Shown here piece after piece: positions 20,475-32,445 of a stretch of DNA of 64,000 bases. Within the stretch, counting starts at the first letter, position 1, and every line of letters starts with the position of its first letter. The translations under genes and the position numbers were made by a program. Origin of the DNA: Vulcanimicrobiota bacterium (GTDB lineage Bacteria > Vulcanimicrobiota > Vulcanimicrobiia > Vulcanimicrobiales > Vulcanimicrobiaceae); NCBI GenBank assembly GCA_963733295.1, contig CAVTCS010000003.1:2176001-2240000 (forward strand), written 5' to 3'. The notes under the pieces were generated by a model, which was not told the DNA's origin, ran no database searches, and was given only the letters and a program-made list of their open reading frames with translations.

Positions 20475-21203
20475 ATGATGGTCGAAACGCCCGCCCCGCT
20501 CGTTCCTAACGAGCTCGCCGTCGCTTGGGACGCGATCGTCGCGCCGCGCGCCGCTTTCACCGCCCTGCGCGAACGGCCGCGCTGGCTCGTCGCCTACGTC
20601 GCGACGTGCGTGCTCGGCATGATCGGATCGGTGTTGCAGACGCCGGCCGGGGTGCACGTCGCGCAGGCGACGGTGCAGAAAATGATCGCGACCGATCCGA
20701 ACCTAGCGAGTATGTCACCCGACAAGCAGCAGGCGATTCTGGCGCAAGCCGTCGGGGTGCAGCACTACATCTGGATCGCCTACCCGTTGATCGTGATCGT
20801 CGCCGTCGCGCTGACGGCCGTCGTGCTGCTGATCGCACGCGCGATCGGAAGGGGCGAGGCGAGCTTTTCGCGCCTGTTCGCGCTGGCGGCGCACGTCGCC
20901 ATCGTCAACTTCGGCATAGCTTACCTCTACATCGGAATAATCGTCTTGCTCAAAGGAGGCGCAAATTTCGATTCGCAGCGAGACCTCCTCGCCACGCTGC
21001 CGAGCCTCGCGTGGCTCGCGCCGGGCGCCGGCGTGAAGCTCGCTGCATTCTTGTCGAGCTTCAGCGTTTTCGCGATCTGGTCCGCGTTTCTGATCACGCT
21101 CGGTCTCGAAATCATTGCCGGGTTATCGCGCAGGACCGCGATCGCGAGCGCGATCGTCCTGCTGCTCCTCTCGGCCTCGACCGCGATGTTAGCGGCACGA
21201 TGA
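20475..21203 (+). CDS. Yip1 family membrane protein (YknW-like), copy 2
   Basis: DAIVAPRAAFTALRERPRW and FSVFAIW; TM-rich; paralogous to the upstream gene. Confidence 0.8.
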   Translation: MMVETPAPLVPNELAVAWDAIVAPRAAFTALRERPRWLVAYVATCVLGMIGSVLQTPAGVHVAQATVQKMIATDPNLASMSPDKQQAILAQAVGVQHYIWIAYPLIVIVAVALTAVVLLIARAIGRGEASFSRLFALAAHVAIVNFGIAYLYIGIIVLLKGGANFDSQRDLLATLPSLAWLAPGAGVKLAAFLSSFSVFAIWSAFLITLGLEIIAGLSRRTAIASAIVLLLLSASTAMLAAR

Positions 21204-22708
21204 CCGTACTCCGGCGCGGCGCTCTGGTCGTTGGCCTCGCTGGGCTGCTGAGTTTCCCGGCGCGGGCGCAAGAGGTTCCGCAATTCACGCCGGTCCAAGC
21301 CGCTTCGCCGGCTCCGGCGAACGCGCTCCACTTGGACGCGCTCGGTACGGTGCGCTATGCGCTCTCACATGCGCCGGCGATCGTGGCGCAGGAGGCGACC
21401 GTCTCGCAGCTCGTTGCGACCTTCACCAAGACGCGGGCCGGAGAATATCCCAGTCTCAGCGGCTTGCTCCAAAACCAGCTCGCGAAGTCGGCCAACTCGC
21501 TCGGCACCTTCGCTCAGTTCGGCGTCCAACCCGTCGGCAATTTCTCGCAGAATACCGCGCAGCTGGGAGCGACGTACAACGTCTACAACGGCACCGTCCA
21601 GTTGACAGCGCAAGAACAACGCCGTCAAGTCGACGCCGCGAAGCAGAATTTGCGACAGCAGCAAGAGCAGACCACGACGAGCACCTCGCAATCCTTCTAC
21701 GGGCTCCTCGCGCTTCACGAAACCGTCATCGTCGACGAAGGTGACCTGCGTTTTCAGCAAGCCTTACTCGACGCCGCACGGGCTAGCGAAAAGGTCGGCC
21801 GCGTCGCGGGCGTCGACGTGCTGCGCGCGCAGGTCGCGGTGACGCGCAGCCTCTCGAATTTAGTGCAGGCGCGCGTCGACGAAGCCAACGCGCGCGAGGC
21901 GCTCGCAGTTCAAATCGGCGCGCCGCTCGACTGTTCGTTCGATCTTCCGGTCACGGTGCCCGAGCCGCCGCTTCCGCCCGGCTCCGTCGATCAGTTCGCG
22001 CAGATCGCCGAGCAGCACCGCCCCGAAATCCTGGCGGCGAAATACAATCTCGATGCGGCGCGGCTCGTGCCGGCCCAAGTCGACGCGGACTTGCACCCGA
22101 CCTTTCAACTGACCGGCGCGTTCGGCAGTCAGGTCTCGCCGACGTCCTTCGTCCAAGAACAAGAACAAATCGACGCGGCCAACCAGGCCGCGATCGCCAA
22201 CTTCGAACTCCAGCAATCGCTCTTTCCGGGCGTCGACTTTCCGCCGCCGGTTCTCCAACCGAACGTCAACCGCAACCGTCCGGGGTTCTGGCAACTGGGC
22301 CTCGTATCGACTTTCCAAATCCCGCTCTACGATTACGGCACGCGCGCCACGGCCCACCAAGCGGCCAACGCGCAGATCGACTCGGAACGGGTCGCGTTGG
22401 CAAATGCTTACACGAGCGTCGACGCCGACGTGCACTCCGCGGTGCGAACCTCGCAAGCCGACCAAGAGAAACTTTCGCTCGCGAAACAGAGCGAGCAGCT
22501 TGCAACGGAGTCGGCCCGCATCTCGGCGCTGCAGTATAAGAACGGCTTGATTTCCTTCACCGACATCACCCAGACGCAGCAGACCGCGCTCTCGTCCGAG
22601 TTCGATTTGGTCGCGGCCCAAGTCGCCTACGTCGTCTCGATCATCAAGCTCCGGATCTCGCTCGGACCCGCCGATCCGCTGAGCGCCGCCGACCTTCGAG
22701 CGCTATGA
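21200..22708 (+). CDS. TolC family outer membrane efflux protein
   Basis: ATGA overlap start; signal peptide; OEP repeats (YPSLS, DVLRAQV, RPEI, QIPLYDYG, QYKNGLISFTDI). Confidence 0.88.
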   Translation: MTVLRRGALVVGLAGLLSFPARAQEVPQFTPVQAASPAPANALHLDALGTVRYALSHAPAIVAQEATVSQLVATFTKTRAGEYPSLSGLLQNQLAKSANSLGTFAQFGVQPVGNFSQNTAQLGATYNVYNGTVQLTAQEQRRQVDAAKQNLRQQQEQTTTSTSQSFYGLLALHETVIVDEGDLRFQQALLDAARASEKVGRVAGVDVLRAQVAVTRSLSNLVQARVDEANAREALAVQIGAPLDCSFDLPVTVPEPPLPPGSVDQFAQIAEQHRPEILAAKYNLDAARLVPAQVDADLHPTFQLTGAFGSQVSPTSFVQEQEQIDAANQAAIANFELQQSLFPGVDFPPPVLQPNVNRNRPGFWQLGLVSTFQIPLYDYGTRATAHQAANAQIDSERVALANAYTSVDADVHSAVRTSQADQEKLSLAKQSEQLATESARISALQYKNGLISFTDITQTQQTALSSEFDLVAAQVAYVVSIIKLRISLGPADPLSAADLRAL

Positions 22709-24246
22709 ACCGCCGCCGAAACACCATCATCGTCATTTCCGGCCTGGCGCTGCTGCTGGTGATCGGTTACTTCGTTTCCAGGCCCAAAGACGCGCTGGCG
22801 GTCAGCCTCAAGACGGTCAAGTACGCAACCTTCAGCACGAAACTCCCGGAATCGGGCGTCATCCAGCTGCCCCGCACGGTCACGATTCCCGCCGCGGTGC
22901 CCGGTAACATGGGTTTGATCGACGTGCAGGCCGGCGACCGCGTGCACGCGGGCCAACTCCTGGCGACGATCGTGAACGCGCAGCTCGTCTCGAACCTGCA
23001 CGATGCCGAAGACAGCGCGCTCTCGGCCGAGGGTCGCGCGCGAAGCGCGGCCGAGTCGAGCGTCGCCGTACCGAAACAGAACCGCTCGTCGGTCGTGCAA
23101 GCCGAAGCGAACGTGGTGCAAGCGCGTTCGCAGCTCGTCCAGGCGAAGCAAGATCTCGTCTCGGGTGCCGAGTCGGGACTCGGTTACGGAGGACAGACGG
23201 CCGAGGAACAGCGTCTCGACGCGGACGCGGCGGTCGAACGCGCCGCGACGGACCTGCGCGAAGCCCAGCGCATGTATGCGGCGAACCAAGATTTGTACGC
23301 GCAAAAGGCCATCTCCAAGGACACGCTCGACACGTCGCAAGCCAAGTACGAAGAGGACAACGTCGCCTATCAACAAGCCAAACAGCAGCGCGCGATTCTG
23401 AGCGGGCAGCTCGGCCGTCAGCAGAGCGTGTTGGCCGATCGCGTGCACGCCGCCGAGGACTCTCTGCGCCAAGCGCAAGCGGCGCTGGATGCCACCAAGG
23501 CGGCCGCCGGCGAAACGAAGCTGGGCGACCTCGAAGCTGCGCGCGGCGACGCGGCCCGCGCCGAAGCCGACCTTTCGTATGCCCGCGAACAAGTCTCGCG
23601 CCTGAGCGTGATCGCACCCTTCGACGGAACGATCGAAAGCGTCGCGACGCAGCCGAACGATCCGCTGCGCCCGATTCAACCCGGCGAGGCGGTAACCACG
23701 GGACAAGCTCTCTTCACAATGGCGGAGCACGGCCGCTTCATCGTCCGCACCCGCGTCGACGAACAAGACGTGGCGGCGATCGCGCTGGGCCAGCGCGCCA
23801 TCGTCAGCGGCGAAGATTTCGCCGGGAAGGAACTCGGCGGCCGCATCGTCTCGATCTCGCCGCTGGCGCAGAAGTCAGACGACCCCTCGAATACCTCACG
23901 TCAGGTACTGACCACGATCGAACTCGACCGGACCCTGCCTTTCCTGCGCGACGGCATGACCGTCGACGTCGACATCGTGACGCACGACCTGCCGCACGTA
24001 CTCGCCGTTCCGATCGACGCGCTGCACAAGGACGACAAGGGGAAGAGCTACGTCTACATCGTTCGGGGAGGCAAAGCCACGCGCAGCGACGTCATGCTGG
24101 GCCCGCAGAACGACACGCAGGCCGTCGTGAAGAGCGGAGTCCAGAGCGGCGACGTCGTCGTAGCCGACAAGAACGCCGCGGTTTTGCCGGGCGTGCGCGT
24201 GACCGCCGCGCCGTCCCCGACCCCCGGGCCGTCGACGAGTCCGTGA
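22705..24246 (+). CDS. Periplasmic adaptor / membrane fusion protein (MacA/YknX type)
   Basis: N-terminal TM, VQAGDRVHAGQLL lipoyl half, long coiled coil, IAPFDG, VDEQD and LRDGMT. Confidence 0.9.
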   Translation: MNRRRNTIIVISGLALLLVIGYFVSRPKDALAVSLKTVKYATFSTKLPESGVIQLPRTVTIPAAVPGNMGLIDVQAGDRVHAGQLLATIVNAQLVSNLHDAEDSALSAEGRARSAAESSVAVPKQNRSSVVQAEANVVQARSQLVQAKQDLVSGAESGLGYGGQTAEEQRLDADAAVERAATDLREAQRMYAANQDLYAQKAISKDTLDTSQAKYEEDNVAYQQAKQQRAILSGQLGRQQSVLADRVHAAEDSLRQAQAALDATKAAAGETKLGDLEAARGDAARAEADLSYAREQVSRLSVIAPFDGTIESVATQPNDPLRPIQPGEAVTTGQALFTMAEHGRFIVRTRVDEQDVAAIALGQRAIVSGEDFAGKELGGRIVSISPLAQKSDDPSNTSRQVLTTIELDRTLPFLRDGMTVDVDIVTHDLPHVLAVPIDALHKDDKGKSYVYIVRGGKATRSDVMLGPQNDTQAVVKSGVQSGDVVVADKNAAVLPGVRVTAAPSPTPGPSTSP

Positions 24247-25436
24247 GCCGGCTCCTCGCCTACTCGCACGAAGCGCTCGAAGCGCTCTGGCGTAATCGCG
24301 GCCGCTCGCTTCTGACCGTGCTCGGCATGATCATCGGGACCGCGTCGGTCATCGCGGTGCTCGGCATCGGCAAAGCTGCCTCCAACGGCATTGCCGCTAC
24401 GCTCGATTCGTTCGGTGATCCGGGCATCATCGTCCAAGTCGATTTGCAGCAAGACGATCCCGTCGCGGCCACGATCCAGTATCGCGACGTCGCCCAAATC
24501 GTGGCCGCGACTCCGGACCTGACGGCCCACGTGTTTCCGTCGTACCAGCGCACCTACAAGCTGTCGGCGAACGGCGTCGACTACGACGGAACGGTCGTCA
24601 GCCAGTACGACTACATCAACGACACGCTGACGCTGCGCGAAGGGCGCCGCATCAACCGTGAGGACGTCGAAAACGCCGCGCGCGTCGCGCTCGTCACCCA
24701 GCCTCTCGAGAGCCGTCTTTTTCACGAACGGCGCGCTTTAGGCGAAGGCGTACGCATCAACGGCGAGCGCTTTCGAATCATCGGCGTCTACGACTCGTGG
24801 AAAGCCGGCATCTTCAACAACATCGCCGGCTCGGACTACATCGAAATTCCGTATACGACGTTTCATGAGATGGCCGGAAGCCCCGTCGACAACTTGCAGA
24901 TCTACAAGAAGCCCGGGGCGACCTTACCGGAGGTGCGGGACGCCGTCGTGCGCGTGTTGCGCCACATTCACGGACCGCAGGCGAAATACGATACGCAGGA
25001 CGCGACGGCGTTCGAGGGCGCCTTCAAGCGTACGATCGACGTCATCTCGTACGGTCTGACCGCGATCGGCGCCGTCGCACTGCTCGTCGCCGGCATCGGC
25101 GTGATGAACATCATGCTGGTCTCGGTCACCGAACGGACCCGCGAGATCGGAATTCGTAAGGCGATCGGCGCGGGCGCGCGCGACATCGCGACGCAGTTTC
25201 TGCTGGAAGCGGTCATCCTCTCGCTCATCGGCGGCGGGATCGGGATGCTCTTCGGGATCGGCGCCGTGCTCCTGATGTACGGCGTCGTCGCCGGCCTGCT
25301 CGGACCGGCCCCGATTCCCTGGCTGCTGATCGTTTCGGTCGCCGTCGGTTTCTCGATGGTCGTCGGCGTCGTATTCGGCACCTACCCGGCGACGCGCGCC
25401 GCGAAGCTCGATCCGATCGAAGCGCTGCGTTCGTGA
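24243..25436 (+). CDS. MacB/FtsX-type ABC permease, copy 1
   Basis: [39 protein letters not shown] and LDPIEALRS. Confidence 0.92.
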   Translation: MSRLLAYSHEALEALWRNRGRSLLTVLGMIIGTASVIAVLGIGKAASNGIAATLDSFGDPGIIVQVDLQQDDPVAATIQYRDVAQIVAATPDLTAHVFPSYQRTYKLSANGVDYDGTVVSQYDYINDTLTLREGRRINREDVENAARVALVTQPLESRLFHERRALGEGVRINGERFRIIGVYDSWKAGIFNNIAGSDYIEIPYTTFHEMAGSPVDNLQIYKKPGATLPEVRDAVVRVLRHIHGPQAKYDTQDATAFEGAFKRTIDVISYGLTAIGAVALLVAGIGVMNIMLVSVTERTREIGIRKAIGAGARDIATQFLLEAVILSLIGGGIGMLFGIGAVLLMYGVVAGLLGPAPIPWLLIVSVAVGFSMVVGVVFGTYPATRAAKLDPIEALRS

Positions 25437-26632
25437 TCGGCGCTTTCTTCTCCGAAGCCTACGGCGTTCTGGCAGGCAACAAGACGCGCACCTTCCTGAC
25501 GATTCTCGGATTGATCATCGGCGTGGCCGCGGTGATCGCAATTCAGATTCTCGGAAGCGGCATGTCGGGGGCCGTTTCAGGCGTACTGGGCAGCCTCAAC
25601 GATCATAGCTTCTACCTCTTTCCGAGTCAGCGTCAAGGCGACTTCACCAAAGCCGCGCTCACCTACAAGGATCTCGAGCAAACCAAGGAGGTTTTCCCGA
25701 ACATCGTCAGCGCGATACCGGCCGGAGGCGTCGCGCTCATCGTCACGAGCGGCCACGAGCGGCCACGACTGCTCGTCTCGGCCGATTCCGACGTCAGGTT
25801 CGCGACGGTTCCGCTGCTCTACGGCCGCGCTCTCTCGCCCGAGGAGGTCGCGTCGTCCGCCCACGTCTGCACGCTGACCAACAAAGCTTGGCTACGCCTC
25901 TTTCCCGGCGGCGGCGATCCGGTCGGCGAGAGCCTGCGCATCGGCGATCACCGTTACGTGATCGTCGGCGTCGAGGGCAAGCCCACGCAGGGCTTGATTC
26001 CGGTGAACTTCGGCGATGACGTCGCCATCCCGTACACGACCTACGTGCGCGAATTCTTGCGCGGGCGCTCGGTGTTCGCCGCGCGCTTTCTGGTTGCCGA
26101 CGCGAGCAAGATCGCCGAAACGGAAATCGGCGTCATCAAGTTCTTCAAGGATCGCAAACAAGGCCGAGCCGATTACCAAACCTTCGACCGGAAGTCGTTC
26201 TCCAGTTCGGTCGACTCGATCTTCGCGGTGCTCACGATCGTCGTCGCCTTGATCGGCGCCGTCTCGCTCGTCGTCGCCGGAATCGGCATCATGAACATCA
26301 TGCTGGTATCGGTGACCGAACGGACTCGCGAAATCGGCGTGCGCAAGGCCATCGGCGCGACCAGCTTCCAAGTTCTCGCGCAGTTCTTCATCGAGGCGTT
26401 GCTGCTCTCGATCGTCGGCTGCGGCATCGGCCTGTGCCTCGGGCTGCTGGCTGGCTGGGCGATCGACACGTTCGCGCTCGTTAAAATCTCGGGCTTCATC
26501 GCACCGATACCGTGGCTGCAATCGGTAACGATCGCGGTCGGCTTCGCGACGATCGTCACGCTCGTCTTCGGTACGTATCCGGCGTATCGCGCCGCGCGGC
26601 TCGACCCGATCGAGGCGTTGCGCTATGAGTAA
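25433..26632 (+). CDS. MacB/FtsX-type ABC permease, copy 2
   Basis: [34 protein letters not shown] and [10 protein letters not shown]. Confidence 0.92.
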   Translation: MIGAFFSEAYGVLAGNKTRTFLTILGLIIGVAAVIAIQILGSGMSGAVSGVLGSLNDHSFYLFPSQRQGDFTKAALTYKDLEQTKEVFPNIVSAIPAGGVALIVTSGHERPRLLVSADSDVRFATVPLLYGRALSPEEVASSAHVCTLTNKAWLRLFPGGGDPVGESLRIGDHRYVIVGVEGKPTQGLIPVNFGDDVAIPYTTYVREFLRGRSVFAARFLVADASKIAETEIGVIKFFKDRKQGRADYQTFDRKSFSSSVDSIFAVLTIVVALIGAVSLVVAGIGIMNIMLVSVTERTREIGVRKAIGATSFQVLAQFFIEALLLSIVGCGIGLCLGLLAGWAIDTFALVKISGFIAPIPWLQSVTIAVGFATIVTLVFGTYPAYRAARLDPIEALRYE

Positions 26633-27377
26633 GGCCATCGTCTTGCGCGAGGTGACCAAAACCTACGCGATGGGAGAACTCGAAGTGCACGCGCTGCGCG
26701 GCGTCAGTTTCGAGGTCGAAGCGGGTGAGTACCTCGCGATCATGGGCCCGTCGGGATCGGGCAAGTCGACGTTGATGAACCTGATCGGTTGCCTCGATCG
26801 CCCGACAAGCGGGACCTATCTGCTCGACGGCATCGACGCCGGCACTCTGGACGACAACGCGCTCGCCGCGATCCGTTTGCGAAAGCTGGGCTTCGTTTTT
26901 CAAGGCTTCAATTTGCTGCCGCGAACCGATGCGCTCAAGAACGTCGGCTTACCGCTCTTCTACGCCGGACGGAGTCCGAAGGAACGCGATCGCGCCGCGG
27001 CCGCGCGCCTCGCCGAGGTCGGTTTGGCCGACCGCGGCCACCACAAGCCCAGTGAACTTTCGGGGGGCCAGCAACAACGCGTCGCCATCGCGCGCGCCCT
27101 CGTCAACGACCCCGCCGTGCTCCTCGCCGACGAGCCGACCGGCAATCTCGACTCGCAGACGAGCGAAGAGCTGATGGGCCTCTTCGCGGCCCTCAACGCA
27201 GGCGGCCGGACGATCATCATGGTCACCCACGACCCGGAAGTCGCTCGTCACGCCAAACGCGTGATCCGCGTCCGCGACGGTCTCGTCGTGGCGGACGGAC
27301 CGGACCTTGCGAGCGCGGGAGCGGCCGCCTCCGGATGGGAATCCTCAAGAACCCGGGTAACCGAGGAACCGCCCTGA
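26625..27377 (+). CDS. ABC ATP-binding protein (LolD/MacB/YknY type)
   Basis: [29 protein letters not shown] and VTHD. Confidence 0.95.
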   Translation: MSKAIVLREVTKTYAMGELEVHALRGVSFEVEAGEYLAIMGPSGSGKSTLMNLIGCLDRPTSGTYLLDGIDAGTLDDNALAAIRLRKLGFVFQGFNLLPRTDALKNVGLPLFYAGRSPKERDRAAAARLAEVGLADRGHHKPSELSGGQQQRVAIARALVNDPAVLLADEPTGNLDSQTSEELMGLFAALNAGGRTIIMVTHDPEVARHAKRVIRVRDGLVVADGPDLASAGAAASGWESSRTRVTEEPP

Positions 27378-27456
27378 GACTTTTTGGAGTTTAACGAGTA
27401 CGCAGTGCGGCACTCTTCCAAAAAAATAGCTACTCAGGAGACTGATTGAGACTCTG

Positions 27457-28695
27457 ATGCAAAACCTTCGCCTCATACCGACCCTCATGATTGGACTCGT
27501 CGGAGCGATCGTCGGCAGCTTCGCGATGATGCTCTATGCGAGCACGCATTTCGCCGGCGTCGCCGGCCCCGGCAACACGCCGCCCGCACTCAGCGCCGCG
27601 CCGCTCGTATCGGGTACGGACGACCAGGACCGGATCGTCAGCGCCGTCAAGCGCGTTTCGCCTTCGGTCGTCGCGATCAACGTCAACGTGAACGGTCAGC
27701 AGTACATTCCGGTCGATCCGTTCCAACAGTTTTTCGGCGGCATGCCGGGCCAGAGCGGCCAAGTGCGCCGCTATCACGCGCGCGCTAGCGGCTCGGGCTT
27801 CGTCTTCTCCAAGGACGGCTTGATCGTGACCAACGCTCACGTCGTGCGCCCGCCCAGCGGCGGGAACGTGAGCAAGATCGAAGTCGTCTTCCCGAACGGC
27901 GACCGTCTGCCGGCACACCTCTTCGCCATGAACATCGGCGTCGATCTGGCGCTGCTCAAAGTCGACAACTACTCGAAGCTTCCGCCGCCGGTCGAAATTG
28001 CGGACTCGAGCAAGCTGCAAGCCGGTCAGTGGGCGATCGCGATCGGGCAGCCCTTCGAACTCAAGCAGTCGGTGACCGTCGGAGTCGTTTCCGGCTTCAA
28101 CCGCGACGAGCCGATCGAGAACGAGAACGGTTCGGTTCAGGAGTTCAAGGGTCTGATGCAGACCTCGGCGCCCATCAATCCTGGGAACTCGGGCGGACCG
28201 CTGATCGACGTCGAGGGGCGCCTGATCGGCGTCAACCAGTCGACCGCGAACCCGCAGGCCGGCGCGCAGGGCATCGGCTTCGCGATTCCGGCGAACGAGG
28301 TCCGCGAGCAACTGGCGATTCTCGAGAAAAACCCCGGCACGCACCAGGGCACCAACATGGGTTACATCGGGGCCGCGCTCGAGACCGTGACGCCTGACGT
28401 CGGCGTCCAGCTCCAGTATCAGGGCAAAGGCGTGGCGGTCCGCCAGGTCATCCAGGGCGGTCCGGCCGACGCGGCGGGGATCCAGCCCGGCGACGTGATC
28501 CAAAAGGTCAACGGGAAGGACGTCGCGACCAACGACGACGTTGTCTCGACGATCAAGGGCACGAAGCCCGGCCAGACGGTCAACTTCCAGATCTGGAGCG
28601 CCGGCGTCAAGAAGCTCGTCTCGGTCAAGGTGACGGAGCGCCCGGCCGACGCCGCCGTGGCCGTACCCCAGGAGCAGGAGCCGCAGCAGCCCTAA
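27457..28695 (+). CDS. htrA: HtrA/DegP family serine protease with one PDZ domain
   Basis: GSGF, TNAHV, DLALL, INPGNSGGPL and a C-terminal PDZ (GPADAAGIQPGDVI). Confidence 0.92.
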   Translation: MQNLRLIPTLMIGLVGAIVGSFAMMLYASTHFAGVAGPGNTPPALSAAPLVSGTDDQDRIVSAVKRVSPSVVAINVNVNGQQYIPVDPFQQFFGGMPGQSGQVRRYHARASGSGFVFSKDGLIVTNAHVVRPPSGGNVSKIEVVFPNGDRLPAHLFAMNIGVDLALLKVDNYSKLPPPVEIADSSKLQAGQWAIAIGQPFELKQSVTVGVVSGFNRDEPIENENGSVQEFKGLMQTSAPINPGNSGGPLIDVEGRLIGVNQSTANPQAGAQGIGFAIPANEVREQLAILEKNPGTHQGTNMGYIGAALETVTPDVGVQLQYQGKGVAVRQVIQGGPADAAGIQPGDVIQKVNGKDVATNDDVVSTIKGTKPGQTVNFQIWSAGVKKLVSVKVTERPADAAVAVPQEQEPQQP

Positions 28696-28717
28696 CCAGG
28701 GCTCCCGGCAAGCACGC

Positions 28718-28757
28718 AGCGCGCGGCGCCTTCGGGCACCGCGCGCTCACTTTTTTT
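28718..28757 (+). terminator. Intrinsic terminator after htrA
   Basis: Stem AGCGCGCGG/CCGCGCGCT with an inner GCC-TTCG-GGC (cUUCGg loop), followed by a T7 tract. Confidence 0.8.
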
Positions 28758-28769
28758 GCTGGGAGAAGC

Positions 28770-28795
28770 CGAAACCCGGAAAGGTCAGGAAGGTA
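28770..28795 (+). promoter_or_regulatory. Putative ECF-type promoter CGAAAC-N16-GGTA upstream of dnaK
   Basis: Same -35 and spacing as the 20427 motif; directly after the htrA terminator. Confidence 0.4.
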
Positions 28796-28957
28796 TCTAA
28801 AGAAGAGCAATTGCCCCGCGCCGGGGCATAATGTTTTTGGCGCAATTCTCGATCGTGGATAAGCGGCAAGGCGAAGCACGGAAGCAATTCCGGGGTCGCG
28901 AGGGCGCCCGCCCCGCGTGCAGATGGTCCACCCGATCGTAAAACGGAGAGAGATTTC

Positions 28958-30823
<1,866 letters not shown>

Positions 30824-30836
30824 GGTGCAGCACGGA

Positions 30837-30875
30837 GCGCTCCCGCCGGCGTCGCTGCGACGTCCGGGGGAGCGC
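30837..30875 (+). other. GC-rich intercistronic hairpin between dnaK and grpE
   Basis: GCGCTCCC/GGGAGCGC outer arms, CCGG/CCGG and CGTCG/CGACG inner arms; no U tract. Confidence 0.55.
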
Positions 30876-30886
30876 GCCGTCGCCAC

Positions 30887-31429
30887 ATGAGGAAGAGAAT
30901 GGAAACCGACGCCAAAGAAGCGGCGGTCGTCGAAGCCTCCGGCGAGGATAACCTCGCCGCCGAACTCGCCGACGCCAGAGCGCTCGCCGAGGAGCGCTAC
31001 AAAGAACTCCAATACGCGCGAGCCGAGATCGAGAACGTGCGCAAGCGCGCCGACCGCATCGCTTCGGACCGGCTTTCGGCCGGACGCCGCGCTTTGCTCG
31101 GAAAGTTCTTGCCCGTACTCGACAACCTCCAGCGCGCGCTGAGCTTCGACGACTCGGCGGGGCTTCGCGGCGGCCTGCAAGCGACGCTCAAAGGCTTCGA
31201 GGCTCTGCTCGCGGGCGAAGGCGTGAAAGCGGTCGACGTCGTCGGCAAGCCATTCGATCCGCGCATCGCCGAGTCGATTCAAAGCCGCGCAACCGCGGAC
31301 GGCGACGACGACGTCGTTCTCGAGGAAGTGCAGCGCGGCTACGTGCTGGGCGAGGACTTGCTGCGGCCCGCGCAAGTCGTCGTCAGCCACCGCGCGCGCG
31401 ACGAAGACGAAGACGAAACGGACGCTTGA
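30887..31429 (+). CDS. grpE: Nucleotide exchange factor GrpE
   Basis: [31 protein letters not shown] and [10 protein letters not shown]; alternative ATG at 30899. Confidence 0.95.
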   Translation: MRKRMETDAKEAAVVEASGEDNLAAELADARALAEERYKELQYARAEIENVRKRADRIASDRLSAGRRALLGKFLPVLDNLQRALSFDDSAGLRGGLQATLKGFEALLAGEGVKAVDVVGKPFDPRIAESIQSRATADGDDDVVLEEVQRGYVLGEDLLRPAQVVVSHRARDEDEDETDA

Positions 31430-32439
31430 AGTACAAGGATTATTACCAAGTCCTCGGCGTTCCCAAAGACGCGCCGGCCAAGGACATCAAGTCGGCGTAT
31501 CGCAAACTCGCGCGCAAGCTTCACCCCGACGCGAACCCGAACGATCCGAAGGCTGCGGAAGAAAAGTTCAAGGAACTGCAAGAGGCCTACGAGGTCCTCA
31601 GCGACGCCGAAAAGCGCCGCAAGTACGACGCGCTCGGCAGCAATTGGCAGCAGGCCGCCCAGCAAGCTGAGACGCAGCGGCGTTACCGCTCGGCCCAGCA
31701 AGAAGACATCTTCAGTTCGTTCGGCGGCGAGGATGCGCGCGGCGCCAGCGGCTTCTCCGATTTTTTCGACGCGTTCTTCTCGGGCATCGGCCAGCCGCAG
31801 CAGCGCCAAACCAGCTCGGCGCGCTTTGCGCGGCGCGGCGGCGACCTCGAGACGACGATCGAGCTCAGCTTACGCGACGCCTACCAGGGCGGCACCAAAC
31901 AAGTCAACTTGCAGATCGAGGATACGTGTCCGCGCTGCGGCGGCAGCGGCATCGTGGGCAACGCGATCTGTCCGGTCTGCCACGGCACCGGACGGCTCAT
32001 CGCGAACCGCAAACTCGAGGTGACGATTCCGAAGGGCGTGCGCCCGGGCCAACGCATTCGCCTCACCGGCCAAGGTTCGAGCGGAACCGGCGGCGGCCCG
32101 AACGGCGACCTCTATTTGATCGCGCAGTTCGACGGTGACGACAAGTACGAACGCAAGGGCGACGATCTCTACGTCGACTTACCGGTCAGCATTTACGAAC
32201 TCGTCCTGGGCGGCGAGGTGCGCGTCCCGACTATGTCGGGCGACGTGACGATGACGATACCGCAGGGCACGCAGAGCAATAAGCTCCTGAGGCTCACGGG
32301 AAAAGGCATGCCCAAGCCCCGCGGCGCGGGGAACGGCGACCAGTACGTCCGGCTCGTGGGCATGCTGCCTGCGAACCTCAGCGACCACGAACGCGATCTC
32401 TTTCGCGAGCTCGCCGCCTTGCGCAACGGCAAGGTCTAA
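31426..32439 (+). CDS. dnaJ: DnaJ family co-chaperone with a reduced zinc finger
   Basis: J domain with HPD, GFSDFF, only two CxxCxGxG motifs, and C-terminal peptide-binding domains; TTGA overlap with grpE. Confidence 0.88.
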   Translation: MKYKDYYQVLGVPKDAPAKDIKSAYRKLARKLHPDANPNDPKAAEEKFKELQEAYEVLSDAEKRRKYDALGSNWQQAAQQAETQRRYRSAQQEDIFSSFGGEDARGASGFSDFFDAFFSGIGQPQQRQTSSARFARRGGDLETTIELSLRDAYQGGTKQVNLQIEDTCPRCGGSGIVGNAICPVCHGTGRLIANRKLEVTIPKGVRPGQRIRLTGQGSSGTGGGPNGDLYLIAQFDGDDKYERKGDDLYVDLPVSIYELVLGGEVRVPTMSGDVTMTIPQGTQSNKLLRLTGKGMPKPRGAGNGDQYVRLVGMLPANLSDHERDLFRELAALRNGKV

Positions 32440-32445
32440 GGTCTT

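Noticed and set aside
28696..28957. Search for CIRCE or HAIR heat-shock operators before dnaK
   Set aside because: Neither TTAGCACTC-N9-GAGTGCTAA nor CTTGAGT-N7-ACTCAAG is present; three GCAATT copies are too short and irregular to call.
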